64,000 nucleotides of DNA from Selaginella moellendorffii (GCF_000143415.4 NW_003314453.1:20902-84901), one strand, 5' to 3'; counted from the stretch's first letter, positions 40,901 to 54,223 are shown. The notes: generated by a model not told the origin, from the sequence alone. Numbers and translations are program-made.

Positions 40901-42323
40901 GGGATGAGTATGAAACAATCAATGAATGAGTCTCTAAAAAGGGACATAAGAAGGACTGACATATGGCAAGTATCATGACACATGGAAGTGTCAGAAATGA
41001 GTCCAAAAAGGAGTCTATGAAGGACTCCAAGATGGAGTCTGATATGGACCCAAGATGGAGTTTGAGATAGACCAAAAATGGAGTCCAAGATGGACCTAAG
41101 ATGGAGTCTGAGATGGACCCGAGATGGAGTCTGATATGAACCTGAGATGGAGTCCAAGATAGAGTCTGACACGGCCCCAAGATGGAGTCTGAGGTCGAGT
41201 CCGAGATGGACCCAAGATGGAGTCTAAGGTTGAGATTGAGACCGAGACTGAGACCAAGACCGAGACCGAGTCTGAGATCGAGTCCGAGTCTGAGTCCCAG
41301 TTTGAGTCTGAGTCCAAGTCTAAGACCAAGGTTGAAAGCCTAAAGCGATCATTTCTCAGACCCTAGGGGGTTTGGTGAGCTCCAAAAGTATAGTAGGGGG
41401 AGGACTCTAATGGAGCTAGTTTGGCTAGGAAATGCTAGTCTGACCAAGAAAGGTTATACCCATATGTTGGGTGATGACATATCCACTAAGGAATCCAAGG
41501 TTAGAGGGAATATGGATAAATAAATGGGGTAGTTTGGTAAAGTGTTCAAGAGCCGCTTTAGCTCCCCCGAGAGATTGAATGGTTGATACTCCCAATCCAA
41601 GTGTGGGTGGCACTACCTACTTGGATACCTGGCATGGCTCATCAAAACCTCACTCTAGCCATATGGCTAGGGCACTAGTGGAAGTTGGGGAAAGTACCCA
41701 CGAGGCTATCATAGGGCCACAGTGTTTCGAAATGTCGTTCCAAGGTCCTATTGTGAAAAGGAAGAGGAGGAGTACTCTTGTGTAGACACCAAGGATATGG
41801 TCATGTGATGAGGAAGTCCTAAAGGTCAATGGGACTTAGTGGTCGGGCCTTCGGACCCAGACCTAGTGGCAATGTTGGCAAACACTGCCAGAGACAAAGA
41901 GGGACTTGGCAAGGACTAAAGAAAGGATATTGGAGAAAGGTTCTCCAATGTTCCCCATGTCTCCAGGCATCTTAAGGATGTTAAGGTGTGGTCATGGGAT
42001 GACCATTCATGGACAGATGGTCCAGTCTTTGGGAGATGGGACTGTGGTGTAGGTGGTCTTGGACTATCTGTGTGATAAAGAGGAATGGACATAGCTTTAG
42101 CATAACAGACGGATATGTCAATGGTACCTTTGGGTGTCTGTCATGGGCTAAGCACATAGAGCACTTGGACCAAGTGCTTTGGCAGTGGCATAGAGGCCAT
42201 TCACAGGGCTAGTAAATCCCTAAGTCAGGAATAGGACTTATAGAGGTTGTAAGCAAGACACCTTCAAGTGGTTGAAGGTATGGTTAAGTCATTAAGGTAG
42301 AATAAAAAATTTAGTCATTTACA

Positions 42324-42545
42324 AACATAAAGAGAAGACTAAAGAAAAGTGAAGAATTCAAAATCAATGATCAAGTACTTTGATGTCGAGGAAATATCAA
42401 GAAAATTGTCTCTAAAGTAAAGTCAAGATGAGGACTATTCCTCATCCAAGAATTCAAAGCTCCAGGAATAGTAGCTATCACAACACTTGATGGTGAGCAT
42501 CTCCAAACTATCAACCTCAACAAACTCAAGAAATACCAATCATAC
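42324..42545 (+). pseudogene. Continuation of the split Gypsy integrase (C-terminal GPY/F region)
   Basis: EFKINDQVL*..KVKSR*GLFLIQEF..GIVAITTLDG..TINLNKLKKY picks up where 32094 stops. Confidence 0.75.
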
Positions 42546-45175
42546 GACTCAAACATCATCAATAGCGATCTTGAAAGAAATGAATGTTTCAACTTTGAAG
42601 TTCAAGAATGAAACATCAAGAACCAATTCAAGCATGAAGATCAAGAAATTAAGGCTATGAAGACTCAACCTCAAGAATTCAACACATTCAAGGTTTACAA
42701 AGTTCAAGCTCAAGAACTCAGCACAATGAAGAAACATGAAACTCAGGCTAGAAAATCCAACATAAAAAAGATTTTGAAGAATCAAACACAAGAAAGCAAC
42801 ATGAAGAAAACCAACGACTTGAAAAACTTCGACCAAAAACAAGACTTAGAGACCAATGAATCTCTCAACACTCATCAACAAACATGCCAAAGACCACTCC
42901 AGGGTAAAGGGTAAAACCCTAACCCTAGCATCTGTGGCTGTATCTCCAAGCATCAAGATCAAAATCTGCAGCACTGAGATCAAGCAATAAGGAAGCAACA
43001 CAGCATAGCAACACACCCTCTCACAAATGAATTTATCTTTGAACCAACAGTAGTGAGTCCAAAGAGCACAAATCTTCTCTTCCCATGCAATCCAGCATGG
43101 AAGAGGATGAGGGCACTTGACGACTGGCTATGCAAGGTCAGCCTCTACGTGTTCTCCACATCATGGAGAAAGAGTCTAAAATCAACATTGCCAAGAAGAT
43201 GCTTCCAGCTTTTCGAGAAGAGATGGTGTGCGCCCAAGAGCACAAATATATCTTCATTGCAGGCTACATCACATAAGCTTCCCAATTGGCAGAAAGCAAG
43301 TCTTATTTGTGTCGCAAATAAAAGGGATGCCACTAGGATGCATCAAGATCTTCAAGAATTACATCTTTGGAAGCTCACTTCACGTCACTGATGAATCGAA
43401 GCCAAGGCTCAAGTTCCTCATCTCAACTCTCAAGATGTCCAAGTCAAGTAGCTCTGCCAGCAAAGTTATTGCAATCCTCTATGACGACTTGTAACACAAA
43501 ATCGAAGTTGGACATCATAGGTTACCTCCTTCAAAAACTCATCAAGGAAATCCACTTGGCTACAAAAATGATCCATAATGGTCAGAAATGTGAAACTCTT
43601 GCACTCCTCTATGTTGCTAGTTCATGCCAAGAAAGAAGGGCCACCATCCCCACCCATAAAATTGTCAGTTGACGACAACGCGATGCTACAGCACTGTGAG
43701 CACCATAGCAGAGAGCATCCAAACCAGGAATGACACTGGGAGGCAAAGCAAGAGTGACAACATCAGCCAGAGCTTCGGCCACATCGGCTGCTCAGCTGGG
43801 TGTTCCTCCAATTCGTTGATGAAGTCCAACACCTCTAGCCAATGCCACAAATGCCAATCCTGGCAGACTTTGCATGGTAGTTCTATGATAAACAAATGAG
43901 TGTTTTTCTATGTGACGGAGTGTAGGCTATAATCAATGCTGTCATCTTTCAACCCTTGAATGCATAGCTCAACAAGATCTAGAGCAATATCCAGCAACTT
44001 AAAAGGAGCGTTCAAGGTATGTCCTTCCAAGGGACAGTATGTGCAAAGATACAGTGCATCAAATATCAGTTTGCTAAAAAAAACATGAAGCTCTATAGCA
44101 AGATCTGCACTCTCAAGGCAAAGTAGCATACAATAATGGAAGATGACAATGAGAGTGAGTACGACAAGAAGAATGATGATGATGAGTTCCACCAGTGACT
44201 CAAGAAGTTCAAGGTTGAACTCATAGGAAATCCAACATTAACAAAGCCAACCGATGTGATGGAGCAGTAGGAGCCTTGAGGAGAAGCTCCATTTGGTCAT
44301 GGGAGAGTGAAGCACAGTTGATTAACCATGCATTTGAGCATTTTTCTGACAATTAGAGTTACAACCTTGACACTCAAGGCTACAATCTTGTCAGTCAAGA
44401 TTAAGGAAGAAGTGGCAATTGCCACCATATAGGAGTAGTCAAAGGGAGAGTTTGCACTTAATCTCTATCCCTTATCTTTATTGTATTCTTGCCTATCACC
44501 AATGCACATCCATTTGCTCAAAATTTGGAGTATTTTAGTGATATTAAGTTTATCCTTACTCACTACCTCTCACATGAGCCTTCTTGAGGATCAAAAGTCT
44601 CAAATTAGTTTCTAAGTGATTCATGTGTTTGGTAGCATGTTCCAAGGCCAGAAATACAATACCAACATAAGAACAATGACATCAAAAGCTCTCTAATTTA
44701 TTGCAACCACAGGAGCAAACTGTAATAACAAGTTCTTCATCAAATTCTCTCTCATATCTGTAACAAAACTGCACACAACCAAATATCAAGGATTTACAAG
44801 TTTTCAGAGTCCAAAAAAATAGTCTCTATGGAAGGACCTATAAGAGGGTGGCAAGGTTGGGCCATGGATAGAGCTCATAGCAAAATATGCTAAAGAGTTA
44901 CTAGGGGTGAACACCCTTTATACTTGGCAAGCAAAGGGTGTTGCATAGCAAAGCTTTTGCCATGCATCCAAAAGGATACCTTAAAGGTAGAGGTAGTCAT
45001 CCTATATTGCTTAGCGCAACAATTAAAGGATAGAACCAAAATACTAATGATCGAGAATAGGCTTTGGAAATTGTTAGAAGAAATCTAATGACAAGTTAGG
45101 CAAGGAACTACTATGTGGGGGATGCTAACCAATTGTTGAAAAGGAAATATATTTTCAAAGATAAAATTCCCAAAT

Positions 45176-48100
45176 TGACACGAACCACAGGAATATTCGG
45201 AGAATATTCCATGGCCTGTGGGATTTAAGGCCGTTGGGAGGTTGGCCTAGGGTTCGCTCTCTTGTTCGTTTCATTGGTATCGGAGTAGCATGTTCTTTTG
45301 GGGATGGCGGGTGAGCAAGACATTGATCCTGATGAGTATGGCATTAGTGATGATAGCCATGACGATGCAGAAGAGACTCTTGATGATGTCATTGTGCGGC
45401 AAGGATGCCAGATTTCTAAGGTTCAGAGTGACATAAAGGAGGTTAAGGATTCTGTCAATCTCATTAAGGATTTCTTGCTTCGCATGAACCCTCAAGGGTT
45501 GAATCAATCTCATATCCGTGATTACCATTGGTACGTCAAGCATGCCAAGGATTATGGTATCGTGGAATGGAAATCATCACCGGATGTTTGTGATAGTCAA
45601 GAGGTTGATTCTTGGTTGGAATTGTGGGAAAGTTGTTGGTCTCACAATCCTTGTGAGGATAAGGTGAAGATAGATTTCTTTGTGACGAAGCTTACGGGCC
45701 ATGCTTCTTCATGGTGGAAGAACTACATCAAAGCTAATCTGAAGCCAACTTCTTGAACTGATTTGACAAAGGTTTTCCGCACTTCGTTTGTCAAGAAGTT
45801 TGAAGAAGTTGATCTTGTGAATCAGTTGTTAAAGATTCGGTAGGGGACTTTGTCTTTGGATGCGTATGCCTGCAAGTTCCGTGATCTTTGCCTTAGTCTC
45901 ACAAGCACCTATAATGAGCTGCTAAAGGTGCAATGTTTCATCAAAGGATTGAGCTCGGTGGATGTGTAGTAGAAGGTCAAGAAGGATTTTCTAGCAACAT
46001 TGACTGATGCTATCACTAAGGCTCAAATCTTTTCTCCCAAACCGTCGGTCAACTCAGTCAACACTGGTCAAAAGGATGGTCTTCGGGGTGGTCAATGTGA
46101 TGACCAACCCACCAATACTTCATCTTCAAGGAAGAAACGGCCATTGTTTCATCATAGCTCGAAGAGTGGAGATGGCAATGAGGCAAAAAGACATCGGTTA
46201 GACCAACGAGAGAAGGACAAGGTGGAGGGCAATTGTTTTCGTTGTCACAAGGCTAGACATCATGGCAAGGATTGTCCTCTTATGAAGGGATCAAAGAATG
46301 TTAAGGTGAATGTGGTGGAATCCATCGTGGATACAGCTTAGGCATCTGCTGTGGTGGCTCTTCCACACCCTGTGGCAAAAATTCAAGAATCTAAGTCTCG
46401 AGTTCATATTAACTCTATAGAGATTAATGGTTCTATGCGCAATCAACTAGTGAAGGCCAAGGGGGACATTCAAGGACATGCTGTTAGTATTCTTTTCAAT
46501 CCAGGTGCTACACACAACTTTTTGAGCTCCAAGGTGGTGAAGAAACTTGGTTTGCCTGTGGAAAAGAGTTCAGTAATTTATGAGGTGGTTATGGCAGATG
46601 GACATAGCACTCGTGTTTATGGTGAATGGGCTCCGAGTGTTCCTTTGACGGTTCAGGGGATTCTCGACCATCCTTCGTTCCAGGTTATGGATCTTGGTCG
46701 CGCAGACGTTATTCTTGGGAAGGAATGGTTTTATGACAGGAAGCCAGGGATCGATTGGGAGCGTAATGTTCTACGTATCGAAGTTGGTGGCACTATAAAA
46801 GAGATTTTCGGGACAGACAATAGTGATACTCCATTGATTAACGCTTTGGAGTTGGTAACATGCTCGCATGAGATAGCTAGGTCTTTTGTGGTGTACCCGT
46901 TTCTTTCTAATTTGATCATGACTGATTTGGAGTATGTTTGTGAGCATGAGGCACAGGTGGATTCCATTCAGGAGGAGTTCTGTGACGTATTTCCGAATGA
47001 GTTACTTGTTGGTTTGCCTCCAGAACGTGGAATTCAGCATGAGATTGACTTGGTTCCTGGAGCTACTCCTTTTCAGCGACAACCGACTCATACTAGTCCC
47101 GCTGAAGATGAGGAGATTAATAGGCAGTTTGCTGAATACCTTCAGAAAGGGTGATTACGGATCAGCAAGTCTCCTTGGGCTGCTCTAGTGGTGATGGTAA
47201 AAAAGAAAGATGGTACATGGCGTCTTTGCATAAACTACAAGCAATTGAATGATAAGACAGTGAAGAATATGTTCCCGATCCCTCGTATTGATGATTTGCT
47301 TGATCATCTTCGTGGTGCTCGATATTTTTCGAAGATTGATTTAAGGCAAGGATATCATTAGATTTGTGTCAAGCCAGAGGATGTTCCGAAAACTGCATTT
47401 CGGACAAGGACAGGTCACTACGAGTTTTTAGTGATGCCATTTGGTTTGACAAATGCTCCTGCAACTTTTCAGAGATTGATGAATCAAGTTCTACAACCTT
47501 ACTTGGGAAAGTTTGCAATTGATTATTTTGATGATATCCTAGTATTCAGCTCTTCCGTGGAGGAATATAAGATGCATGTGCAAAGTGTTTTACAACTTTT
47601 GAGGGATAAGAAGCTCTACTTCAAGTTATCCAAGTGCAAGTTTTTTTTAGAGGAGATTGGATATCTCGGGCATTTGATTTCGGTACATGGAGTGAGCTGA
47701 TCCCGCAAAGATTCAAGCCGTGGTTGATTGGCCTATACCTTCAATAGTGCATGTTCTCCATAGTTTCCTTGGTATGGCTGGAGTTTTTTGACGATTTGTG
47801 AAGGACTTTTCAGGGATAGCAACCCCTTTAACTGATCTTCTCCAGAATACGTCAAAACATGCTACTATTCATGGTTGGGATGAGAAGGGTGAAGTGGCAT
47901 TTCAACGTTTGAAGCAGTGTTGTATCTCTGCTCCGGTGTTGAAGATTTTTGATCCTAAAAAGCCTCTTGTGGTCGAGACAGATGCAAGTGACATTGCTAT
48001 TGGAGCTGTATTGCTTCAAGTTGGGCATCCTCTTGCGTACATGAGCCATAAGTTTGATGCCACACAGCGGAATTGGCCTACTCGAGACAAGGAGTTGTAT

Positions 48101-50193
48101 GCTGTGATTGCTGCTGTGAAGGAATGGCAACATTATCTATATGGATCGGACTTCCATGTGGATTCAGACCATCAATCTCTCCAATATTTCAGTCGACAAA
48201 AGGATCTTCGAGGCCGTCTTGCTCGTTGGCAAGAGTTCCTGCAAGAAATGTCTGTTAAGATCCAGTACAAGCATGGAGGTGACAATAAGGTGGCTGATGC
48301 GTTATCCAGGATGGTAAATTCTATCTCGTTTGTGAAGCTATCCAGCGATCTCTTGGATGAGCTTAAGGAGTTTGCTAACTTTGACTCCTTCATCACTAAT
48401 ATTCACACGAAAGTTTTGTTAAGGGACGCCTCTATGGATTTGAAGGGTGACAAGTTTGCATCATTTGAAATACGAGATGGAATTCTGGTGAAGAAGGGAT
48501 GTGTAGTAGTTCCTCGTGTTGACAAACACATCAAACGGATTTTGGTTGAGTGTCATAATGTGCCAAGTGCTGGGCATTCAGGGGTATTGAGAACGTATAT
48601 GTTGGTGAAGAGGCATTTCTTTTGGCCTGGGATGAAGTCAGATGTTGAGAAGTATGTATATGGTTGTTTGACCTGCTAGGCGGTCAAAGTTGATCATCAG
48701 AAGCTCACTAGCCTCTATCATCCTTTACGTCTACCCGAGAATAAATGGGATAGCATCTCGATAGACTTTATCACTGGTTTGCCCAAAACCTTTCGAGGAA
48801 ATGATGCTATTTAGGTTGTTGTGGATCATTTGACGAAGATGGCTCACTTCTTCCTTGTGAAGACAACGATAAAAGCTTCTGAACTTGCTCAGTTGTTTGT
48901 AGACCGATTATTCAGTCTCTATGGTTTGCCAGGTGACATTGTGAGTGATCGGGATCCTAAGTTCACATCCAAGTTTTGGCAAATGGTCTTTGAAAAACTA
49001 GAGACTAAACTGAGCATGAGTAGTGGTGAGCATCCACAATCTGATGGGCAGACAGAGCGCATGAATCAGCAATTAGAGGATATGCTACAGTCTTTTGTGG
49101 GAAACTTGACTCGACAGGGAGTATGGGAGAGATACTTGCCTTTGCTTCAGTTTGCTCACAATAGCGCTCATCAATCAGCTATTGGCATGTCTCCTTTTAT
49201 GGCGATGTATGGCTATGAGCCTAGGTCTCTTGTGAGTTTGAATTTGGCTTTGGTTCAGGTTCCTCATGCTTGTGATTTCCTGGAGGATATGCAAGACAAG
49301 GTTGAGTTGGCAAAATTGAATATGAGGCAAGCTCAAGAACGAGACAAAAGATTGGCTGATGAGCATCGTCGTCATCAAGAGTACAAAGTTGGTGACAAGG
49401 TTTTCCTTAAGCTGTCGAATACACAACCGTCTCTAAAAGGAGGTGGCAGTGCTAAGTTGTCTCCATAGTATTGTGGGCCTTGGACAATTTTACAGCGTGT
49501 GGGGGATCTTGCATACACTTTGGACTTGCCAGTTAGTTCGAAGATTCATCCAACGTTCCATGTGAGCAAGCTTAAAGCGTGTTTGCACTCTGGTGATATT
49601 GTGGATCAGTCCATCATCCAGGTTCTAGAAATTGATGCAGAGAAGGCTGGTCCGGCCAATATTCTTACTCAAAGATTGGTAAAAATATGCTGGAAAACAA
49701 CTAAGGAGTTGTTAATTCAATGGAATGGTTATTCCATGGATGAAGCTACATGGGAAACTGAGGATGATGTGAAAAGAGTGTTTCCGAGTTTTGGTTATGA
49801 CTTGGATGACATTCCTGAGGAAGGGGAGAATTGAGTTCTATAACCGTATTGCTATATGATTTGAGCCATTTGTTCTATTCTCATTCTCTTGTTTCCATGA
49901 TCGTATTGTCATGTGAGAAAGCCGTATTGCTTTCTTTCTTTCGTGGCCGTTTGTCGCGACGTTGGTGTTGCCGTTTGCACATCTTTTCTCCATGGCCGTA
50001 TTGCCCTGGACTTCCTTCATGTGAGGCTCGTTTAGCTTCTTGAAGATGCCGTATGTGGCTGGGTCATGAGGGAGGGGAGAATGACACGAACTATGGGAAT
50101 ATTCCAAGAATATTCCATGGCCTGTGGGATTTAAGGCCGTAACGCCTTAAGGGTTGGGAGGTTGGCCTAGGGTTTGCTCTCTTGTTCGTTTCA
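45176..50193 (+). mobile_element. Complete Ty3/Gypsy chromovirus (5018 bp) with very short LTRs
   Basis: LTRs 45176-45273 (98 bp) and 50082-50193 (112 bp), TG...CA. TSD CAAAT/CAAAT. PBS TGGTATCGGAG at 45275; PPT GAGGGAGGGGAGAA at 50068-50081. Confidence 0.95.
45304..49834 (+). pseudogene. gag-pol polyprotein (gag, zinc knuckle, protease, RT, RNase H, integrase, chromodomain), inactivated
   Basis: CFRCHKARHHGKDC; LFNPGATHNF; MPFGLTNAPATFQ..YFDDILVFS; ETDASDIAIGAVL; HSGVLRT..CLTC; SDRDPKFTSKFW..HPQSDGQTER; YCGPW; ELLIQWNGYSMDEATWE. About 10 stops and one frameshift near 47698. Confidence 0.95.
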
Positions 50194-50282
50194 CAAATGC
50201 TCGAATTTGGCAAAGGTGAAAGCTCCTAAAGATAGAGCAGCAAGGTAGTTAAATGATAAGGCTATAGACAGCCTTAGCACAA

Positions 50283-50477
50283 TGTAAGCTCTTGAATTTA
50301 GACTTCCCAGAAGGTCACCCAGCCTATTACTATTCAAACCCAAAGACGTTTAACCCCAAATATCCTAAAACCTTTAACCAATTGGAAAAGAGGCTGCACT
50401 CTTGTTCATGTGCCCTTTCCTTCTATATTTGAACCCCTATGAATTGTTTTTCGAGTTGTTCCCTTTGGTTGCTTACA
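50283..50477 (-). mobile_element. Cassandra solo LTR
   Basis: TGTAAG...GCTTACA, 195 bp, with TSD CACAA at 50278-50282 and 50478-50482. Confidence 0.92.
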
Positions 50478-51277
50478 CACAAATTATAGATAAGTGGGAC
50501 TTATTTCCTTGGGTGGCACAAAATAAAAAAGAAGATGATGATACCCTTAAGTAAAGAACTTTTAAGGATGGGGAAGTTACGTTTGCATAACCTATGCAAT
50601 AGGTGTTAAACACATCTAACAAATTGACTTGAGATATCAATACTAAAGTTTCAAAGTGTGATGGTTATGTTAGTAGAGGCCAAGTGATCCTTTAATGTTG
50701 AACTATTGACAACTAATAGTTTGGTGCAAAGGAAGAGAAGCAATCCTTTTTTGTAAGGACTAAGAATAAAGTTACATGGTGATGAAGTCCCAGAGGTCAA
50801 TGGGACTTAGTGGTTGAGCCTTTGAGCCCTAACCCAGTGGCGATGTTAGTGAGCACAACTATGAATGAAGAGGGACTTGGTGGGGACTAAAGAAGGGATA
50901 TTGGGGAAAGGTGTTCCCTATATTTCCAAACATCCTAATGATGCTAAGGTATAGTCATGGTATAACCACTTATGGACGGATGGCCACGAAAATAGTGAGT
51001 CCCCAAGTCAAAAATAAGACTTATGGAGGTTGTGAATGTAACTCCTCTAAGTGGGTCAAGGTATAGTTAAATGACTAAAGTAGAATGAAAAAATTAATTG
51101 CTTATANNNNNNNNNNNNNNNNNNNNNNNNNNNNNNNNNNNNNNNNNNNNNNNNNNNNNNNNNNNNNNNNNNNNNNNNNNNNNNNNNNNNNNNNNNNNNN
51201 NNNNNNNNNNNNNNNNNNNNNNNNNNNNNNNNNNNNNNNNNNNNNNNNNNNNNNNNNNNNNNNNNNNNNNNNNNNNN

Positions 51278-52980
51278 ACATTGGTAGTCCAACACCACCT
51301 ATATCACAGTCCCATCTCCCAAAGACTGGGCCATTTGTCCATGAGTGATTATTCTAAATCCACTCTTTAGCATCCTTAGGATACCCATAAATATAGGGAA
51401 CAACCTTCCCTAATATCCCTTTTTCAGTCTCCACCAAGTCCCTTTCCATCCACAACTGTGTTCACCAACACTTCCATTGAGTTAAGGCTCAAAGGCCCAA
51501 CCACTACATCCTATTGACCTCTAGGACTTCCTTGCCACATGCCTACATCCTTGGTCACCACATAAAAGAATTGCTCCTCTTCCTTTCTATAGTCTGGGAC
51601 TTTAGGATAATATTTTGAAATATTGTGGCCCTCAGTGAGCATCGTGGGTATTCTCCCCATCTTCTGCCTTTGGGTGCCCTAGCCATATGGCTAGAGTGAA
51701 GTTTCAATGAGCCACACCAGGTATCCAAGTAGGTAGTGCCACCCACACTTAGACTAGAAGTATCGACCATTTCGATCTCTCAAGGGAGCTAGAGCTTAAA
51801 CACTTCACCAAGCTACTCTACTTGTTTGTCTATAATCATTCTAACCTTGGACTCTTTAGTAAATATATCATCACCCAACACATGGGTATAGCCTTCCTTG
51901 GTCATACTAGCCTTTCCTAGCCAAATTGGCTCCACTAAAGTCTTCCCTTTACTATACTTTTAGAGCTCACCAAACCCCCTAGGGTCTGGGAGACGAACAG
52001 TTTGGGCTTTCACCCTCAAACTCAGGCTTGGACTCAGACTCAGACTTGAATTTGAACTTGGACTCAGACTTGGACTCAGACTTGGACTCAAACTCGGACT
52101 TGGTCTTAGTCTTAGACTCGGTCTTGAACTCGGCCTCAGACTTAGACTCGGTCTTGGTCTTGGTCTCGGTCTTGGCCTCAGCCTCAACCTCAAACTCCAT
52201 CTCGGGTGCATCTCGGACTCCATCTTGGACTCCATTTCAGGTCCATATTGGGTCCATTTTGAGTCCATATCAAACTCTATCTTGGACTCCTTCTCAGACT
52301 CTTTTTCGGACTCATTCTTGACACTTTCATGTGTCACGACACTTGCCATGTGTTAGTCCTTCTTTTGTCCCTTTTTTAGTGACTCATTCACCAATTGCTT
52401 CATACTCATCTCTCAAGCACTTTGTTTAGAGTTCCACTCCCACCCTTGACTTTCCAAGTCAGAGTTTTTGGTCCAAACATATTACGTTTATTGGACTTCT
52501 ACTTTGGCCACTACCATGTGGCACCCTTTTCTGCTCCACTTTGGAGCTTAAGATTTTTGTTTCACAACTCCACCACCTATAAACAAAGTTCGATGTCCTC
52601 ATCAAACGATAAACCATTTTATAAAGTAACCCCATCATGGATTACCATTTTTCGCTCTAATTTTTTGCTCTTATCCTTTGATTATTGCACCAAATAACAT
52701 AAGATCACTACTTCCATCCTTGAGGTATCCTTTTGGTTTCATGGCAAAGGCTTTTCTTTGCTAAGTTTAGAGGGTGTTCATTCCTAGTAAGTCTTTTTAG
52801 CATTTCTTGCTATAGACTCTATCCACAGCCCAACTTTATGACCTTCCTATAAGTGTTTTCTAGAGACTATCTTCTTGGACTCATTATGCTATCACATTGA
52901 CACAGCTCATTTCTTTTAGGTGTCCTTCCCATTTCGTTATCTTGGCCAAGTCACACCATTACTAACAGTTTAAATCAATA
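51278..52980 (-). mobile_element. Family L 3' LTR (to 52566), PPT and deleted internal region; old copy
   Basis: Colinear with 53470-55770 with deletions; ACTCCACCACC follows ...TTTCACA. Confidence 0.85.
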
Positions 52981-54223
52981 ACTAAACATGCATATAACAA
53001 TATTACCAGATGGTGCAATCCAACTAATCCTACACATGTTGCTTCAGATCAGAAAAGTCTCTGCATATGCAACTTGAGTCAAAAATTCTGACAAAAGTTG
53101 GATAGGAATCACTGAGACAATTCCTCTGATACCGAATGTATTGCACCTAAATTTGGAGCCAAACCCCAAGCCCATTGCTCTATGAAATGAGGGTCCGATA
53201 CAATCCCACGAGCACCAGTGTAAGCGACTAATTTTTCCATTCTACTTTAGTCACTTAACCACACCTTCGACCACTTGGAGGAGTCTCACTCACAACCTCC
53301 TTAAGTCCAATTCAGGACTTGGGACTTGCTAGCCCCAAGAATGGCATCCATGCCACTCAACACTTGCACCTGGTCCAAGTGCTCCATGTGTCCGGTCCCA
53401 AGACCGACACCCAAAGGTACCACTGACATCTCGGCCCGTTATGCTAAGGCCATGCCCATTCACCTTTGCTGCACTAGTGGTCCAATACCACTTGCATCAC
53501 CATCCCGTCTCTCCAAGACTGGGCTATCGGTCCACGAGTGGTCATCCTAGATCCACTCCTTAGCATCCTTAGGATGCCCACAGACCTGGGGAATCGCCTT
53601 CCCCAAAGTCCCTTTGTCAATTCCTACCAAGTCCCTTTTTGCCCCTGGCCGTGTTTGCCAACACTGCCACTGGATCGAGGCCCACAGGCCCGACCACTAA
53701 GTCCCATGGTCCTCTGGGACTTCCTCACCACACGACTGTGTCCTTGGTCACTACCCCAGAGGACTGCTCCCCTTCCTTTCCACAATCTAGGCCTTTGGGA
53801 CAACATTTCGGAACACCGTGGCCTTACGCGAGCCACCTGGGTACTCTCCCCGCCTTTCGCCTTTAGGTGCTCTAGCCATGGGCTTAGAGCGAGGTTCCGT
53901 TGAGCCACACCTGGTATCCAAGTAGGTAGTGCCACCCACACTTGGACTGGGAGCATCGGCCAGTCGATCTCCCGGGGGAACTAGAGCCGGCTCTTGAACA
54001 CTTCACCAAGCTACCCCGCTTGTCGGTCCGTGTTCACTCTAGTCTTGGACTTCCCAGTGGGCATCTCATCACCCAACACTGGGTCCGGCCTTCCTGGGCC
54101 AAACTGGCCTTTCCTGGCCAAACTGGCTCCACTGCAGTCCTCCCCCTACTATACTTTTGGAGCTCACCAAACCCCCCAGGGTCTGGGAGACGAACGCTTT
54201 GGGCTTTCACCCTCTCAGGCTCC

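Larger units (their letters stand above)
32095..42323 (+). mobile_element. Family L block with three LTRs (32095-32799, gap to 37598, 40747-42323) splitting the Gypsy integrase
   Basis: Starts TGTGAGACAC and ends TTACA. PBS TGGTATCGGAGC at 37602-37613, degenerate PBS near 32802, PPT GGGTGGTGGAGT before 40747. Two N gaps leave tandem versus nested unresolved. Confidence 0.8.
44800..51106 (+). mobile_element. Old family L fragment hosting the chromovirus and a Cassandra solo LTR
   Basis: 44800-45175 and 50199-50700 rejoin to match 39790-40460. A partial LTR at 50750-51106 ends GCTTATA. Confidence 0.7.
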
